Assembly: GCF_036321535.1 (NCBI RefSeq)
Contig: NC_087437.1
Location: 14,572,001-14,636,000, forward strand
Length of the DNA: 64,000 bases
Direction: 5' to 3'
Origin: Camelus dromedarius
Taxonomy: Eukaryota
Within the stretch, counting starts at the first letter, position 1. Every line of letters starts with the position of its first letter. Shown here one piece after another: positions 12,145-23,845 of the stretch. The translations under genes and the position numbers were made by a program. The notes under the pieces are model-generated. The model saw only the letters and a program-made list of their open reading frames with translations. It had not been told where the DNA came from and ran no database searches.

Positions 12145-14239
12145 ACCTGACTGTTCAATGATCCTGAAAGGGACTCTGAAATGCGCCGCACACATTCTCC
12201 GTGTATCAGTCTGGGGCTATAATAGGAGGGCAGCAAGAGGAACAGAGCAGTAGTGAAACCTCTGGCCCTTGGCCGCTGAATCGTCCTGAGCACGCTTGGC
12301 TAGCCAGTGAGCACACAGGTCGATTTTGTAGCTCTATACCCTCTGCCTTGGTCTCCGAGAAAGCTTCTCATCAGAAAAGCAGGGGGCAGACCAAATATGA
12401 TAGGGATTGGATTTTTCTTCAAGTCGACTGTTATCTGCTTCTCTGACCCTGTGGTTGTCTTAGATTTTTATCTAATTAATACTCACATTTGAGTATTCTC
12501 TATTTTTCCGGTTCCAGTATTGAACCCCGTGCTCTTTTTGCTCTATGAGCAGGCTGGTAGGCTGGGCAAGTAAGAGGCTCAGGTCCCTCAAAGTCCTGCC
12601 TCCCTGTCGCTGGAATTGAGGGTGTAGCTGGGGAAAAGGCTCTTGGTAATTTTAATAATTCACCTGCTCCAGATAGTCTTGTAGAGTGAGGTTCAAGAGA
12701 TAATGAGTGGATCACTGATGAAGAATATGCATTAAAATTCTCCTAAAACCTTATTTAGAAAGCCTTTTTAGAAATATATCAAGGCTGAGTACATTTCTGG
12801 GTATGCGTGACCTCAATGAGTGATTCCATTAACCCAGGAAAAACTGTTTAAACAAAGCACCATGCATTATTCAAGTATATGATACAATAACGCATGTGTA
12901 CTTACCTGAACAAGCTGACAAATATGATTTTATTGAATTCCTCCCCTCCTAAGTTGTACGGAGGTTAGTAGAATTACTGCAAGCCAGCCAGTTCACTCTG
13001 TTTTTCAGAATATTTTTATTTTCTCCTTTGCATAAGATTCCTGGTTGTCTTTGGGAGGAGCCAGATTGAAAATACGATGTAATGTTGATAGATTATAATA
13101 AAATGAATGCTGTGAGAGAGAGTGTGCGGATGAGATTCCAAAGCAACTTCCCAGTCTAAGGTATGAGCTCAGTGCCCAAAAGAAATAGATGCTGGTTATA
13201 GATGGTTTAGTTGTAAATTTTGCCCTTGGGCTAAATAAAACCCAAAGAATTTTAGTTAGAGCCTCTCTCGGCTCAGGAAGCCAAACAGACTGTGAATCAG
13301 AAAGTACAGATCAATAATTTGTTCAACTTTGTTGAACACAGATTACGTTCCACAGCAGACAAATTCAGGAGAGCTGAATGGAGAATTTCGCCACTATGGC
13401 TAAAAGTCACAGGAGTGCTTAATGTTCCCAGCATCCTCCCGCGCTCACTCAGGCGCCTCAGGCTGGGTTGGGGATGGCGGACCCAGAGACCCCAAGATGG
13501 GAACCATTTAAGTTACATTTTAATCAAGCCCCAGGAGGGAAGAGAGAATTATGTGTAATCGTTAACAGAAGATAGCCATTGTTTCTCACCCTCCTAGTCA
13601 CGTGTATACCTCGTGTCTGAACAGCTGGATAGATTGGCAGCTGTGCCCCTCACAGTCAGCTGTGTATGTGGGCAGTTATGTGAAGGGTGAACCTCTCACC
13701 CCAAACTGATTTCTTTCCTTAGCTCTTTCAAAATGGTGCTATCCTAGATTAGCAGCATTCTGACAGACTTAACGTGGCAAAACCCCACTGCATCCCAAAC
13801 ACCAGGCGGTAAGAAAGAGCTTAATCTTCTCCCTTATTCAGGGGACATTTCTACTCAGAACCAGCAAATCAGAGTAAACTTGAGGTGGTTTGTTTCTTTA
13901 TGAAAAGCATCTGATGCCATTTGCATGTCGTGAATTCCCTAAGGTGGACACTCAGTTTCCTTGTGAAGAGAATGTTTGCTGAAACCTGCGAGGGGGGTGG
14001 GGGGTGCACTGGCAGCCACCCTGTTCCCTGTGATGGTGGGTACCCCTCTGTACTGGGGAGAGTGACATGGAACACAGCACTCTGTACCTCTGTGGGGCAT
14101 CCCGGAGGGGAGCGGAGTGCTTCCGTGTGGTAAAGCTGTGGGTGCCGAGATGGCAGTGCTGACAGTACCTGACCCTTCGGGAGGCTCAGCCCGCTGGATT
14201 CACTTATTTAATTCATTCAGTTCTCACGAGAAACCTAAC

Positions 14240-14430
14240 AGGTGTTGAAATATTTACAGATGAAACTGGGGATTTCTGTCTCAGTTTTGGGGAACAGAGT
14301 ATACCGGGTGTGGCTGGAGCAGGGTTGGCCTTGAGTGAGTGGTTCTTGGGTCTTCGTGATGGGATAGGTTTAATTCTGTAGGCTTTTATGAAGGTTTGAA
14401 ATTTCTTCGTAATAAAAACCAAAACAAAAA
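14240..14430 (+). mobile_element. Old L1MC-type 3' end
   Basis: tgaaatatttacagatgaaa..ttttatgaaggtttgaaatttcttcgtaataaaaa followed by an A-rich tail. Confidence 0.55.
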
Positions 14431-14509
14431 ACTATGGAGTAGATACTGTTATTTTTTCTTTTTAATAGCTGGGAAATCTGGAGCAAGGGTTTGCATTCAG
14501 CCACTTTCC

Positions 14510-15000
14510 CTGTGGTTCTGAATCTGCACCCCGGCTCCCCAGGGCACAGCAGAGGACGCCTGGGGGCTGTAGGATACTTAAGTTGCGGGTGAAAGCAGCA
14601 CCCGGCACCTGTCAGAGAGCAGCTGAACTACAAGCCCAGATTCACAGCGTGAATCAGATCCCACTGCATCCCTGTGAGGATGCATATCCTGGTGAAGCTG
14701 GCTTTTCAGCACTTACTGTGATAAAACGCAAGGACCGTATGAAAAATCAATGTGGAACAAGAATGGGGGGTACTGGTGTCCAGTCTGATTCTGAGGCTTG
14801 AGAAGTCGTGCCGCCCCTAACAGGTGCACACATCCCATTAGCACGTACTGGCGGTATTAAAGAATAAAATGAAAATATTTTTCTTTCAGTGTATGTTTTC
14901 AATTCTTTTCAAATGGCTGTTAAGTTGCTAGGACATAAATGCTTCTTGAGTTTTTTGATCTAACAAAGTGCCCTCTGAACCCAAATTTTGGGAAGCCCTG
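14510..15000 (+). mobile_element. Charlie4a-like hAT transposon fossil with a transposase C-terminal remnant
   Basis: ORF 14583-14801 contains AYPGEAGFSALTVIKRKDR, resembling the hAT dimerisation motif YLCExGFSxxxxIKxKxR; then cacacatcccattag and terminal ttttgggaagccctg. Confidence 0.8.
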
Positions 15001-15095
15001 CAGTATATTGGACTGCCTCAGGTGTGGAAGCTAAAACATGGAGCATCTGAATGTTCCCTCTGCTAGCTCAGCTGCCTTATTAAAAGAAAGACAGG

Positions 15096-15390
15096 TTCAT
15101 TGACTTATTCATTCACCCGCACTTATTAAACACCTACTACTTTCCAAGTGCAGTGCTAGGCACAGGGGATACGGCAGTGAACAAGACAGACAAAAATGCC
15201 TCCCTGTTGGGGCTTATATGCTAATGAGAAAATGGACAGTAGTCAGAACCAGGCATGCATTATGTTAGATTTGATACGTGCTAGGAAGGGCGCAGAAGGA
15301 GCCCAGGAGCACAGGAAATGCGGTAGGGCAGGAGGAGGTGACATTTAGACAGGTGGCCAGTTTAGTAAAGACCTAGAAGAGGTAAGAGAA
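15096..15390 (-). mobile_element. L2 LINE 3' end
   Basis: ttcattgacttattcattca..ttattaaacacctacta..gtgctaggcacaggggatacggcagtgaacaagacagacaaaaa. Confidence 0.8.
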
Positions 15391-15409
15391 CTATCAGCCA
15401 CTTAGTTAT

Positions 15410-16050
15410 CTCTTAACACAAATAAATAAAAAAACTAAGTCATAAACAGAGCCCTGAAGTTAAGTTGTACAACAAACAGGAAACAAATGAGAACTGGCAT
15501 GCATCAGGTAGACTAATTCATAAAAAAGCAAAGGAAAAATGGTATATAACCTTTCTTCTCTGTGGACTACCTCACATCACTGTTTTCAGTGGAACCTGAA
15601 CTTGGAGGATGAGGGAACACAGGTAATAAATAATCCCACCAGCTCAGTACTGTACCTCAATCACAGTGAGAAAGGAAGGAGGGCCCGGAGATTTTATGCA
15701 AATAAGAAATCATGTTCTCGTGATTCGAGATGCTAAATGACAACCAGCGAAAATGCTTAGCTGTTTTAAGTGGGATCTACACTACACTAACACCACCTGC
15801 TCACATAATAACAACTAAATAATATTTTTGCTTTCGTACATAGATGTTTTATGAAGATGGGAGTGGAGGGCCAGGAGGGGATTTTTTTTTAATTGAACTA
15901 CGAGTAACTTATAGAAGTCAGTATCAAAAATGTTTACAGCAGTTAGAACCATCAGTCATCCAAGCAGTAGGCTTTTTCCTTCTGGAACCCTTTAAAAAAC
16001 CTTGTAAATGGAAATATTAGAAGCAAAAAAAGCTTAAATGATCACCACTG
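15410..16050 (+). mobile_element. Probable old L1MC 3' UTR fragment
   Basis: A-rich, with aggaaacaaatgagaact..agagattttatgcaaataagaaatca..ttagaaccat. Subfamily not resolved. Confidence 0.4.
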
Positions 16051-16410
16051 AATATTTTTTATGGGACACGTGCAACTTTCATGGAGCTGTGGGATTTCCC
16101 CGAGCCTCGCCCAGGAGAAAATTGCAGATTCACTGATTACAAGCCCCTGGCTGTCCTGTGTTCCTCAACTTGCTTTTTGTCTCCCTTCTGGGTCCTGATT
16201 GAAGGCATCAAACTCAGAGGGCAGGGTTCCTGGAGGGTCTTGAGCCATTTTCAGCCCCTGGCTTTCCTCTTTGGCCTTCCTCAGCAGCGGACTCTTGGCA
16301 AGGTATAGACCCAGATTATTTCTGCCGCTGCCTCCTCCCCTTCCCAGAAACCTTGGAGTTAATCCCTCTGTAAATCATCTTGTTCAAACCAATTTGCAGA
16401 GCAGGATCAG

Positions 16411-16540
16411 CAGTGGCTTCCAATCCTGACTGCACATCTGAGTTCCCCCAGGAGCTTAGGAAGTGCAGAAATCTGTGTTTAGTGCACATGCGATGTGCCC
16501 GGTGAATCTGAATGTTGAAACAAGTGCCTCAGATGATTCT
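16411..16540. mobile_element. MER5-like fragment
   Basis: cagtggcttccaatcctgactgcacatc..ccaggagctt..acaagtgcctcagatgattctg. Confidence 0.55.
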
Positions 16541-17749
16541 GTCAGAAAACACATCATAGGAATCTTGAAGGGTGAGTAGAAGTTTCCCAGACTGGCAAAG
16601 GGAAGGACTCTTTTCACGTGGATATAAAGCGCCCTGTATACAAGGGTGGGCAAAGGCGTGTGTGTGGCAAGTTCAAGGAAGTTTTTTTCTTTTTTTTTGG
16701 AAGTTCAAACTCCAAAGAAGTGTTCGGGTGACAAGCAATTTTATAAACATCAGGGTTCTTAATAAGATTTCTTTTAAGAAGGGTCTCACCGCCAAGCTCC
16801 TCTCCAGTTCTTCTGTTTGCACCTTACTGGTGGTGGGTTCCCTGCCCAGTCCTCGTAGACCCGGTCCAGGGTCTGGGTTGTTCTCAGGCTTTCCCTTGAT
16901 CCCACCACGGCTACCTCTTGCTTGTCCTTTGCTTTGGCACGGATTGTCATCATAAGGGAGCCAAACAACGTGGCTGAAACGTGGAACTCAGCTGCTTATA
17001 AAATGCCTCAGGCGAGAGCAGCAGCCCTCCCCACAGAGTTCTCTGCAGTTGGCAGTGAGTTTGTGTGGCTTGTAACCTGCCCACTGTGGGAACCCCAGAG
17101 ACAATTTTCATCAATTTTTTTTCCCAAGCATCTATCCCATTCCCTCAAGCGCCAAGGTCCTCTTCTCTTTTGTTCTGAAAGACGGACAAATGCCCTAGCC
17201 ACAGTTCCCCCATTGTAGAACTTTGAATTTATTATCAATTTGATCAAACAAAACTGTGTGGAGAGCTCTGGGCTTGAGAGAGGTGACTCTGAGCTTCCTG
17301 TTCAATTTCATATGCTATTTACTTGTCTAACCTGAGCCAAATCACCTGGCCGAACAAAACACTCTCCTGTTTGGGTTCCCCTTGCTATAAAATTAGTATA
17401 ATAGCATGCTTTGCATACTTTGTGCGGCCAGAAAAAATGGAGATCTCATGTGAATGGAGTTTTGAGAAAAGGGATACATGCTACAAATGTGGTCCTGAAC
17501 AGCAGGGAACAGGACCTCGCACATTTCAGCCTTGTAAGACAGACTGCTTTTTCTGAGACAGAGAAGAATCAGTTTAACAGTAGGCACCTTTCAGGAAATG
17601 TTAACTCTCACTGATGGCGTTTACATTTAGACAGTCTGCCAGTCATCAGAGGACCTGGCCCACAGCTTTCTTCAACACTGAATCTGCAGCTGGAGTCAGG
17701 CCTCCCTTTCCTGGGGTTCCCACTGAGGTTAGCACTTCCCTCCCTGAAA

Positions 17750-17860
17750 GCCTTTATCACTCTTCTCAAGGGCAGAAACTGTCTTTGTATCTGTCCCCAA
17801 GCCTAACACAGGGCCTTGCACATAGTAAGCCCTAACAAATGTCAGTTATTAAATGAATGA
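17750..17860 (+). mobile_element. L2 LINE 3' terminus
   Basis: agggcagaaactgtctttgtatc..gcctaacacagggccttgcacatagtaagccctaacaaatg..aaatgaatga. Confidence 0.75.
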
Positions 17861-19562
17861 GCTTGGACACTGTCCAGCATTGGATTAGATGCACTTCAGG
17901 CCAAAGATTAGCACAATACACATTCCTGAACTGGAAAGGATCTTAAGGATTCCTCTTACCAACTTCCTGTCCTTAGCCAGAGCCTAACAAATTAAGGCCC
18001 TTTATTGTCAGTTCCTTCCTAAGAAGGATGTTGAGTGGTGTTTTGCTGGCTAACTCGTTAAGCATCCTTTGTGCAGCTGAACTCCATTTCCTCTTTCTCC
18101 ACTTAAATGGAAGGGGTAGAACATGCCCACAGTTTGTATATAAGGGTTTTTTGAACATAACTGAAGACTTTTCTTATATCATAGAGTCTGATCTAGTTTA
18201 GGTTGGAAACAGGGGACCATCATCTCAATTAGAGTACAACAAAAGAGCTAAGAAACTGTCAACTTGCAGTTTAGCATTCCTTCCAATGGCAGCTGGTAAC
18301 ACGGAAATAAGCTTCAGCGCTCCGAGGGGAGATGCTGTAGCTTGGAGGACTGCCATCCTTTTGCCAAAGATAGACCAGACTGGTATGCAGAAGATCTTGG
18401 ATTTGTTATGTCTGAATATTAATTTTCTACTCTCTGAAGTGTTTAGTTCTCTGTAATGTGATTTGAGTGAATTTAATTTACTAGAAGTGCTTTTTGGATA
18501 ATGAACATTTGTATTTCTCCTCTTTCTAAAAAATATAGGGCATCTTCAGGCACAAGGAAACTGATAGTATTAAACGTAAAGAAGAAAATTTTATTGTCCA
18601 GTAAAAATCTTCCAACCCTAGAGCTGTTTTGAGCTGACAGCAACATAGCTCTAAAATTTTTTGAACTTCTAGAAGAATCTGGTAATAAAAAGTGAAACTG
18701 TCATTTCTGCTATTTGCTTTACTTTTTAAAAAAAAATCCAATTTAGAGTTGAGAACCCAAAGAAAACTATAAAACCATAGAAATATATACAGTGTTGTCA
18801 CAGAGCCATCACCTCATGACGATTCATCTCAGGATGTTTTCTCTACTTCCTTCAAATATGATTATTTCCAATTATTTCCTTCAAGTATGGTTATTTAATT
18901 TAAATACTGGTGTAATTATTTCTGGAGATGGGGGTTTTGCCTCCTGTGATAATTCTCTTATTTTCAGAAGGATAGAATCAATTTGATTCCCAAGTAGCAA
19001 TACTGAGATGTATTTTTATCGATTTGCTTGATTATTTTTAAATTTCTATCACTATTGATGGAAACTAGTTAAAACTAAGCGCACATCAGCTTTTATTAAA
19101 TGACTGCTTCCAAAATAGTGCAGTTCAGGAGATAACAGGCCAGCTCATTCCCTTTAACAATGTTGGCCGATTCACAATTGGGATAATTTCAGATTTATGA
19201 GATTTCAAGCATCCATATGTCTTGACTGTTTCCTGAAGAATTCTTTTTAAAGAAATGAATGTATGTGCCATTTGAATCTAATGAGATTAGAACCACAAAC
19301 GGAATAATGTACATTCCTTGCCTAAAATAAAATTTCACCAGTAACACTAGGAGTGTTACTGTGAGTCAAAGCATCTGGGGTTTATCTACCAAGTTAAAGG
19401 CTATTTTCAGCTACTTCCCACTATGTACTTTTGAACAACAAATTATAGGAAAATGATGAATTTAGATAAAACTTATGATACTAATGTCACATATCAGTAA
19501 CAGATCATAAGCTTTTTTCCCAGGTTTGCTTCAGTAAAAGGACAAGTTTAGAGACTGGTATG

Positions 19563-20032
19563 TGTCGATGAAAAATTAATCAGTCAATCTAAGAAAGAAA
19601 TGGAAAATTTTATTCGAGCCGGATTTGAGGATTATAACCCAGGTAGAGCATCTCGGAAGGCTCTGAGAACTGTTCCACCGGTTAGAAATCAAGGCACAGT
19701 TTTATAAGTTTTTTGAGACAGAGGGCTGTACATCAGATGACGTATTATTGACAGTTTACGCAATCCAGATCTAAGCGTCATCCTGATGGATCATGCAACC
19801 CCTTACAAGATCAAGAAAGAATGTTATCTTTTAAGGAGTTGGCGTGTTGATGTCGGAGGATTGTTGCTCTTTACGGTTGAGCATCGGTTCCTGCCGATAG
19901 GGGCGGTTTGGTCCACGCCTAACGCAGATACACAATGCACAGTGCGAAGAGAGAGGAGGCCGAAGGGCAGAGAAGAATTTCTCATGTTTAAAATTTTCTT
20001 GTCTGGCCACAAAATATGAATTTGATTTCACA
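19563..20032 (-). mobile_element. ERV1-class solo LTR, relatively young
   Basis: TGT...ACA termini; 4-bp flanks tatg/taag; minus-strand AATAAA (ttttatt near 19607-19613); many CpGs retained. Confidence 0.75.
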
Positions 20033-20139
20033 TAAGTTATCCAAAATTTTTGATGCCAAAACTAGACAAGAGTTTGCCTCAAACTCTGAGAATCATAACA
20101 TTTCAGATCTGAAAGGAGTCGTTGAGAGCAGCTCCCCTG

Positions 20140-20375
20140 GAGTTGAGGGGTGGAGAAGCGGGCAGAACAGAGCTCTGGGTCCATACCTGCTTACCAGTGT
20201 CTAGCCATGGGACCTTGGGCCCATTAGGTAACCCCTTGGTCCACGGTTTCCTTATCTGTAAATGGAAATGGTGATAACACCTGTGCCTACCTGGAAAGTT
20301 GTGAGCACGAAATGAGGTCTGAAAGCACGTGAACAACACAGCCCAGTGTCAGGGTCAGTCCTTGTTACTTATTAT
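20140..20375 (+). mobile_element. MIR SINE
   Basis: gaccttgggc..cggtttccttatctgtaaatggaaatggtgataacacc..cctacctggaaagttgtgagcacgaaatgag. Confidence 0.7.
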
Positions 20376-21386
20376 CTAGAAAATTCCCCCACTTTTCCGA
20401 TGCAGAGTAGAAGTATGCGTGCCTTGCCCAAGAGCGTTCTGTGCCAGAATCAGGCCTGGGATCCAGGATGTCCTAACATCCAGACCAGGTTCTGCCTACC
20501 CTCTAGGGACGCCGAGAGAAGGAACGAGAGCAACGTCAGGGCCACGACCGGCCGCTGGGCCGCTTGGTGACGCTGCTTCTCCTCCTCGTCCACTGCGGAG
20601 GGATAAACGGTTCCAGGCCAGAGGCAATGCTGCTGGATAAGCGACACCAGCATTGCAGCTGGGCCACTAAAGACAGAGCCACATAGTGTGGGACTGCACA
20701 GCTCCCCACGGCCCCTGGGATGGAAACAGCTCATAACCAACAAAGGGAAATGGGGCTGTCTCTAGGGCAACAACCTCTCCTGCCAAAATGAATGAACAAG
20801 ACAGGGTATTTTAGGGCTGAGAAGCGCTCTTGTCCAAACTATTTCTCCAAAACTCTCCCATCTTTTCATTCCTGCTGTTTCTAGTACATCTGATGTCCGA
20901 GTGTGTGTCCACCTTTAACACCCTGGTTCAGATACTAACAAAAGTCCCTTTTTTTTTCTTGGTTTTCTCTTAGTCATGCTTAAGTTTTTAAAAGAATTTT
21001 ACTAAATACTAAAGGCAGGCAAAAAACTAAGCCAAAGTAATAAAAGAAACATTAAAGCTATCAAGGCAGTGAAGTTGGAATGTAAATCTCAGGGTATCTG
21101 TGCCCAAAGGCCTTGCCTTTTTGAGTTCGTTAAACATAAAATAACCATTACATCGTTAGAACAGGAATTACACATAGGAGGTAAGGTGCTCAGAACTCTC
21201 ACGGGGATTTATATTTACATACAAAGTGCACGAAATATCAGATGCACAGGAAAATCATGTTATGTGCCTGTGTTTCCAGAACTCAAAATATCATGTAGCC
21301 AGGCAACCAAGAAGTACCCTGTAAACATAAATTCTTAATACCTGGTTATGAGGCTGCTCAAAAAACACTAGCAAAAAGCAGTACTC

Positions 21387-21850
21387 TGACATTTTCATTG
21401 AACTTTTTATTTATCCAGATTTCTGCCCCACCCCTCGTGCAGAGAGGGACAGGTTGGAGGAGGGACCTGCCTGAACAAAGACCACCAGCATGGCAAGGGC
21501 CAGTGAGGCAGGACAAGGGGTTGTTGGGGCCATTGGTGGATAGTGGAGCCAGAGGCCAGCACAGAAAGGTCAGGAGAAAACATGGGGGGCGTGTCAGGAT
21601 GACTGCCAGACACCAGATTTGGATGAAAATGTGTCTGATTCAAAGGTACAGAGTCTAAGCAAACGGCGTTCTCATTCGGCGGGAGGAAGAACAGAGAGTA
21701 CGAACCAGTGAGGATGATGGACCCCTGGTGACGTCGGCTGTTCCCACTCTCTTGGGGCAGCTAGTCCTCAGATACCCAATCAGGACAAAAGACCGAGGCC
21801 CTCAGGTCTGCGCCGAGTCTCAGCCCCTCTTTCTGATGAAGGTCAGAACA
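21387..21850 (-). mobile_element. Possible old LTR (family unresolved)
   Basis: TG...ACA boundaries and a minus-strand AATAAA (tttatt near 21406) close to the left end; no TSD recognised. Confidence 0.3.
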
Positions 21851-22343
21851 GCATCAGGCTAACAGTAGCTTCTCCTTAAGTGCATGCGGATACACTAATA
21901 ATGCTCATTAGGCGTGGAGCTCACTCATTTAACTTAGGGGGTCTCATTGTGTCCCTGCTCCGTTGCCAGGACACACGTGTGTGGCTCAGGCAAACTTCTC
22001 TCTGTCTGGGACAGATGTCGGGATACAGGGCCGCGATGGAACCATGCCAGTGTGTTTCTGGTGACAACAGATCGTCAGCCTCCCTTCCCCCCAGCTGAGG
22101 TTCTCATTTTTGTCGTTAAAGTGCCAGTCCCAGCTCAGGAAAAGAAAGATTTTGAGAGAGGCAGAGGAAGAAGGAAGGTGAAAGTGGGAAAGACAATAGA
22201 AAGTGACCGAGGGGTAGAAGAAAAAGGGGAAGCTTTGGGTCAGTTGTTTCCTGTCACTGAATGACCTAGGTGGTTTATGATCCCCACGCATGGCAGAGAT
22301 TCACTTCAGAGGTAGGGAGAGATTAAAAAAAGCAGAATCCTGG

Positions 22344-22500
22344 GCAGGGGGCTGTACAGCTCAGTGGTAAAGCAGGTCCTTAGCATGCATGAGGTCCTGG
22401 GTTCAATCCTCAGAACCTCCATTTAAATGAATACATAAATAAACCTAATTACCTCACCCCCCAAAAAACATTTTTTTTAATTTTAAACAAAATTAAATTT
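22344..22500 (+). mobile_element. tRNA-Ala-derived SINE (Vic-1-like) inserted in a MER5-like element
   Basis: cagctcagtggtaaagcaggtccttagcatgcatgaggtcctgggttcaatcc; TSD aaaaaaagcagaatcctgg (22325-22343) / aaaaaatgcagactcctgg (22501-22519); host continues ccccaccccagag..ttgagagccactgg to about 22614. Confidence 0.9.
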
Positions 22501-23494
22501 AAAAAATGCAGACTCCTGGCCCCACCCCAGAGCTACTACTTCTTAAAGCCCAGGGACCTGTATATGTTTAAATTCCCCAGGAGTAGGCTGTGGGCCAGTC
22601 TTGAGAGCCACTGGCTGAGGCATTCGCTAAGATTTCGTTCTATCATTGAGAATCTTCTCTTAGAAGGGAGGAAAAGGGGGGATGGGGTTGAACACAGAAG
22701 GCAGGACTGCTGTATCCAAGTTGCTTTATCCTGAGGAAGAGGCTGCCCTCCTGATAAAGGGGGATAAGATACCGAGGTCAGAGGAGGAGAGGGAGGTTGC
22801 TTGGTGTTGGTGTTGGTGTTGATTTCTTTTGCTGAAGTTGCTTATTTCACTAACTGTGGACAAGTCCCTGATAAATGAGGGTATTTTAGCCCTACCTTGT
22901 GAGTCTCAAATGCTTTGATCTCTTTGATGTCTTTGTCCATCAAACTTGCCAGGATGCTGTGAGCTCCCGTCCTCCCCTGATGGACCACATCACTAGCGAA
23001 TCAGAGAGCAGGCAGAAAGGAAGTACCCGCCCACTGATGTTAGTCCCTCCTCCTCTCTCCTAGCTGCTGAAACCTCTCCTCCTCCAATGATCTCCCTCTT
23101 TGAGGACATTCTTGTGAGTAGGTTTCTGTTAACTCTTGGTAGAGCAGACAGCCCTCCAGCTCTGCCTGAAGGACCAAGTGATTCATTCCAACCAGGGGCC
23201 CAGGAAGAATGTTTGCCTCCCACCGCCCCTCACAAACCTTGCCAAACTCCCTTAAAACTTACAAAAGCTATACAGAATGTCTGGAAAACAGAAGGTTCTC
23301 CTCAATCTTAGCACAGCTGTTTTTATTTTATGTAGTCCCTCGATGAATTTTCATATTCATATTTTATAGAGAGTACTTGTGGTTTTGTGGGACCTTTTCT
23401 ATAATAAGCATTTTCCTCATTGATGTATAAACTTGACCATGATCTTTGTAACAGCTCAAAATTCTCCATCTAGAAAAGGTGCCACTTTGTTTAT

Positions 23495-23735
23495 CAAATA
23501 CTTACCTAGTGCTTCCCATGTACCAGGGACATAAATATTATAATACATATTAACCCATTTCCTCCTCATAATATTTATCAGCATAAACTCATTTCACACT
23601 CCCAACAACTCTACTGTGCTCATGTTACAGATGAGGAAATTGAGGCCCAGCGGGGTTAGATAACCTGCTCAGGGTCAGAGTGAGCGAGCGGCCGAGACGG
23701 GCACACGTGCCTGTCTGTGCTCACACCGCTCTGTG
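23495..23735 (-). mobile_element. MIR SINE
   Basis: catgttacagatgaggaaattgaggcccagcggggttagataacctgctcagggtca. Confidence 0.8.
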
Positions 23736-23799
23736 ATGCTGACGTTTTAGTTGACTGTCTTTCTACTGTTTCTCACTTAGTCTGCTTATAGTTTGGGGG

Positions 23800-23845
23800 T
23801 TTTGGTTTTTGTTTTTTTGTTTGTTTGTTTGTTTGTTTGTTTTTT
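23800..23845. repeat. (TTTG)n / T-rich microsatellite
   Basis: Direct reading: ttttgtttgtttgtttgtttgtttgtttttt. Confidence 0.9.
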
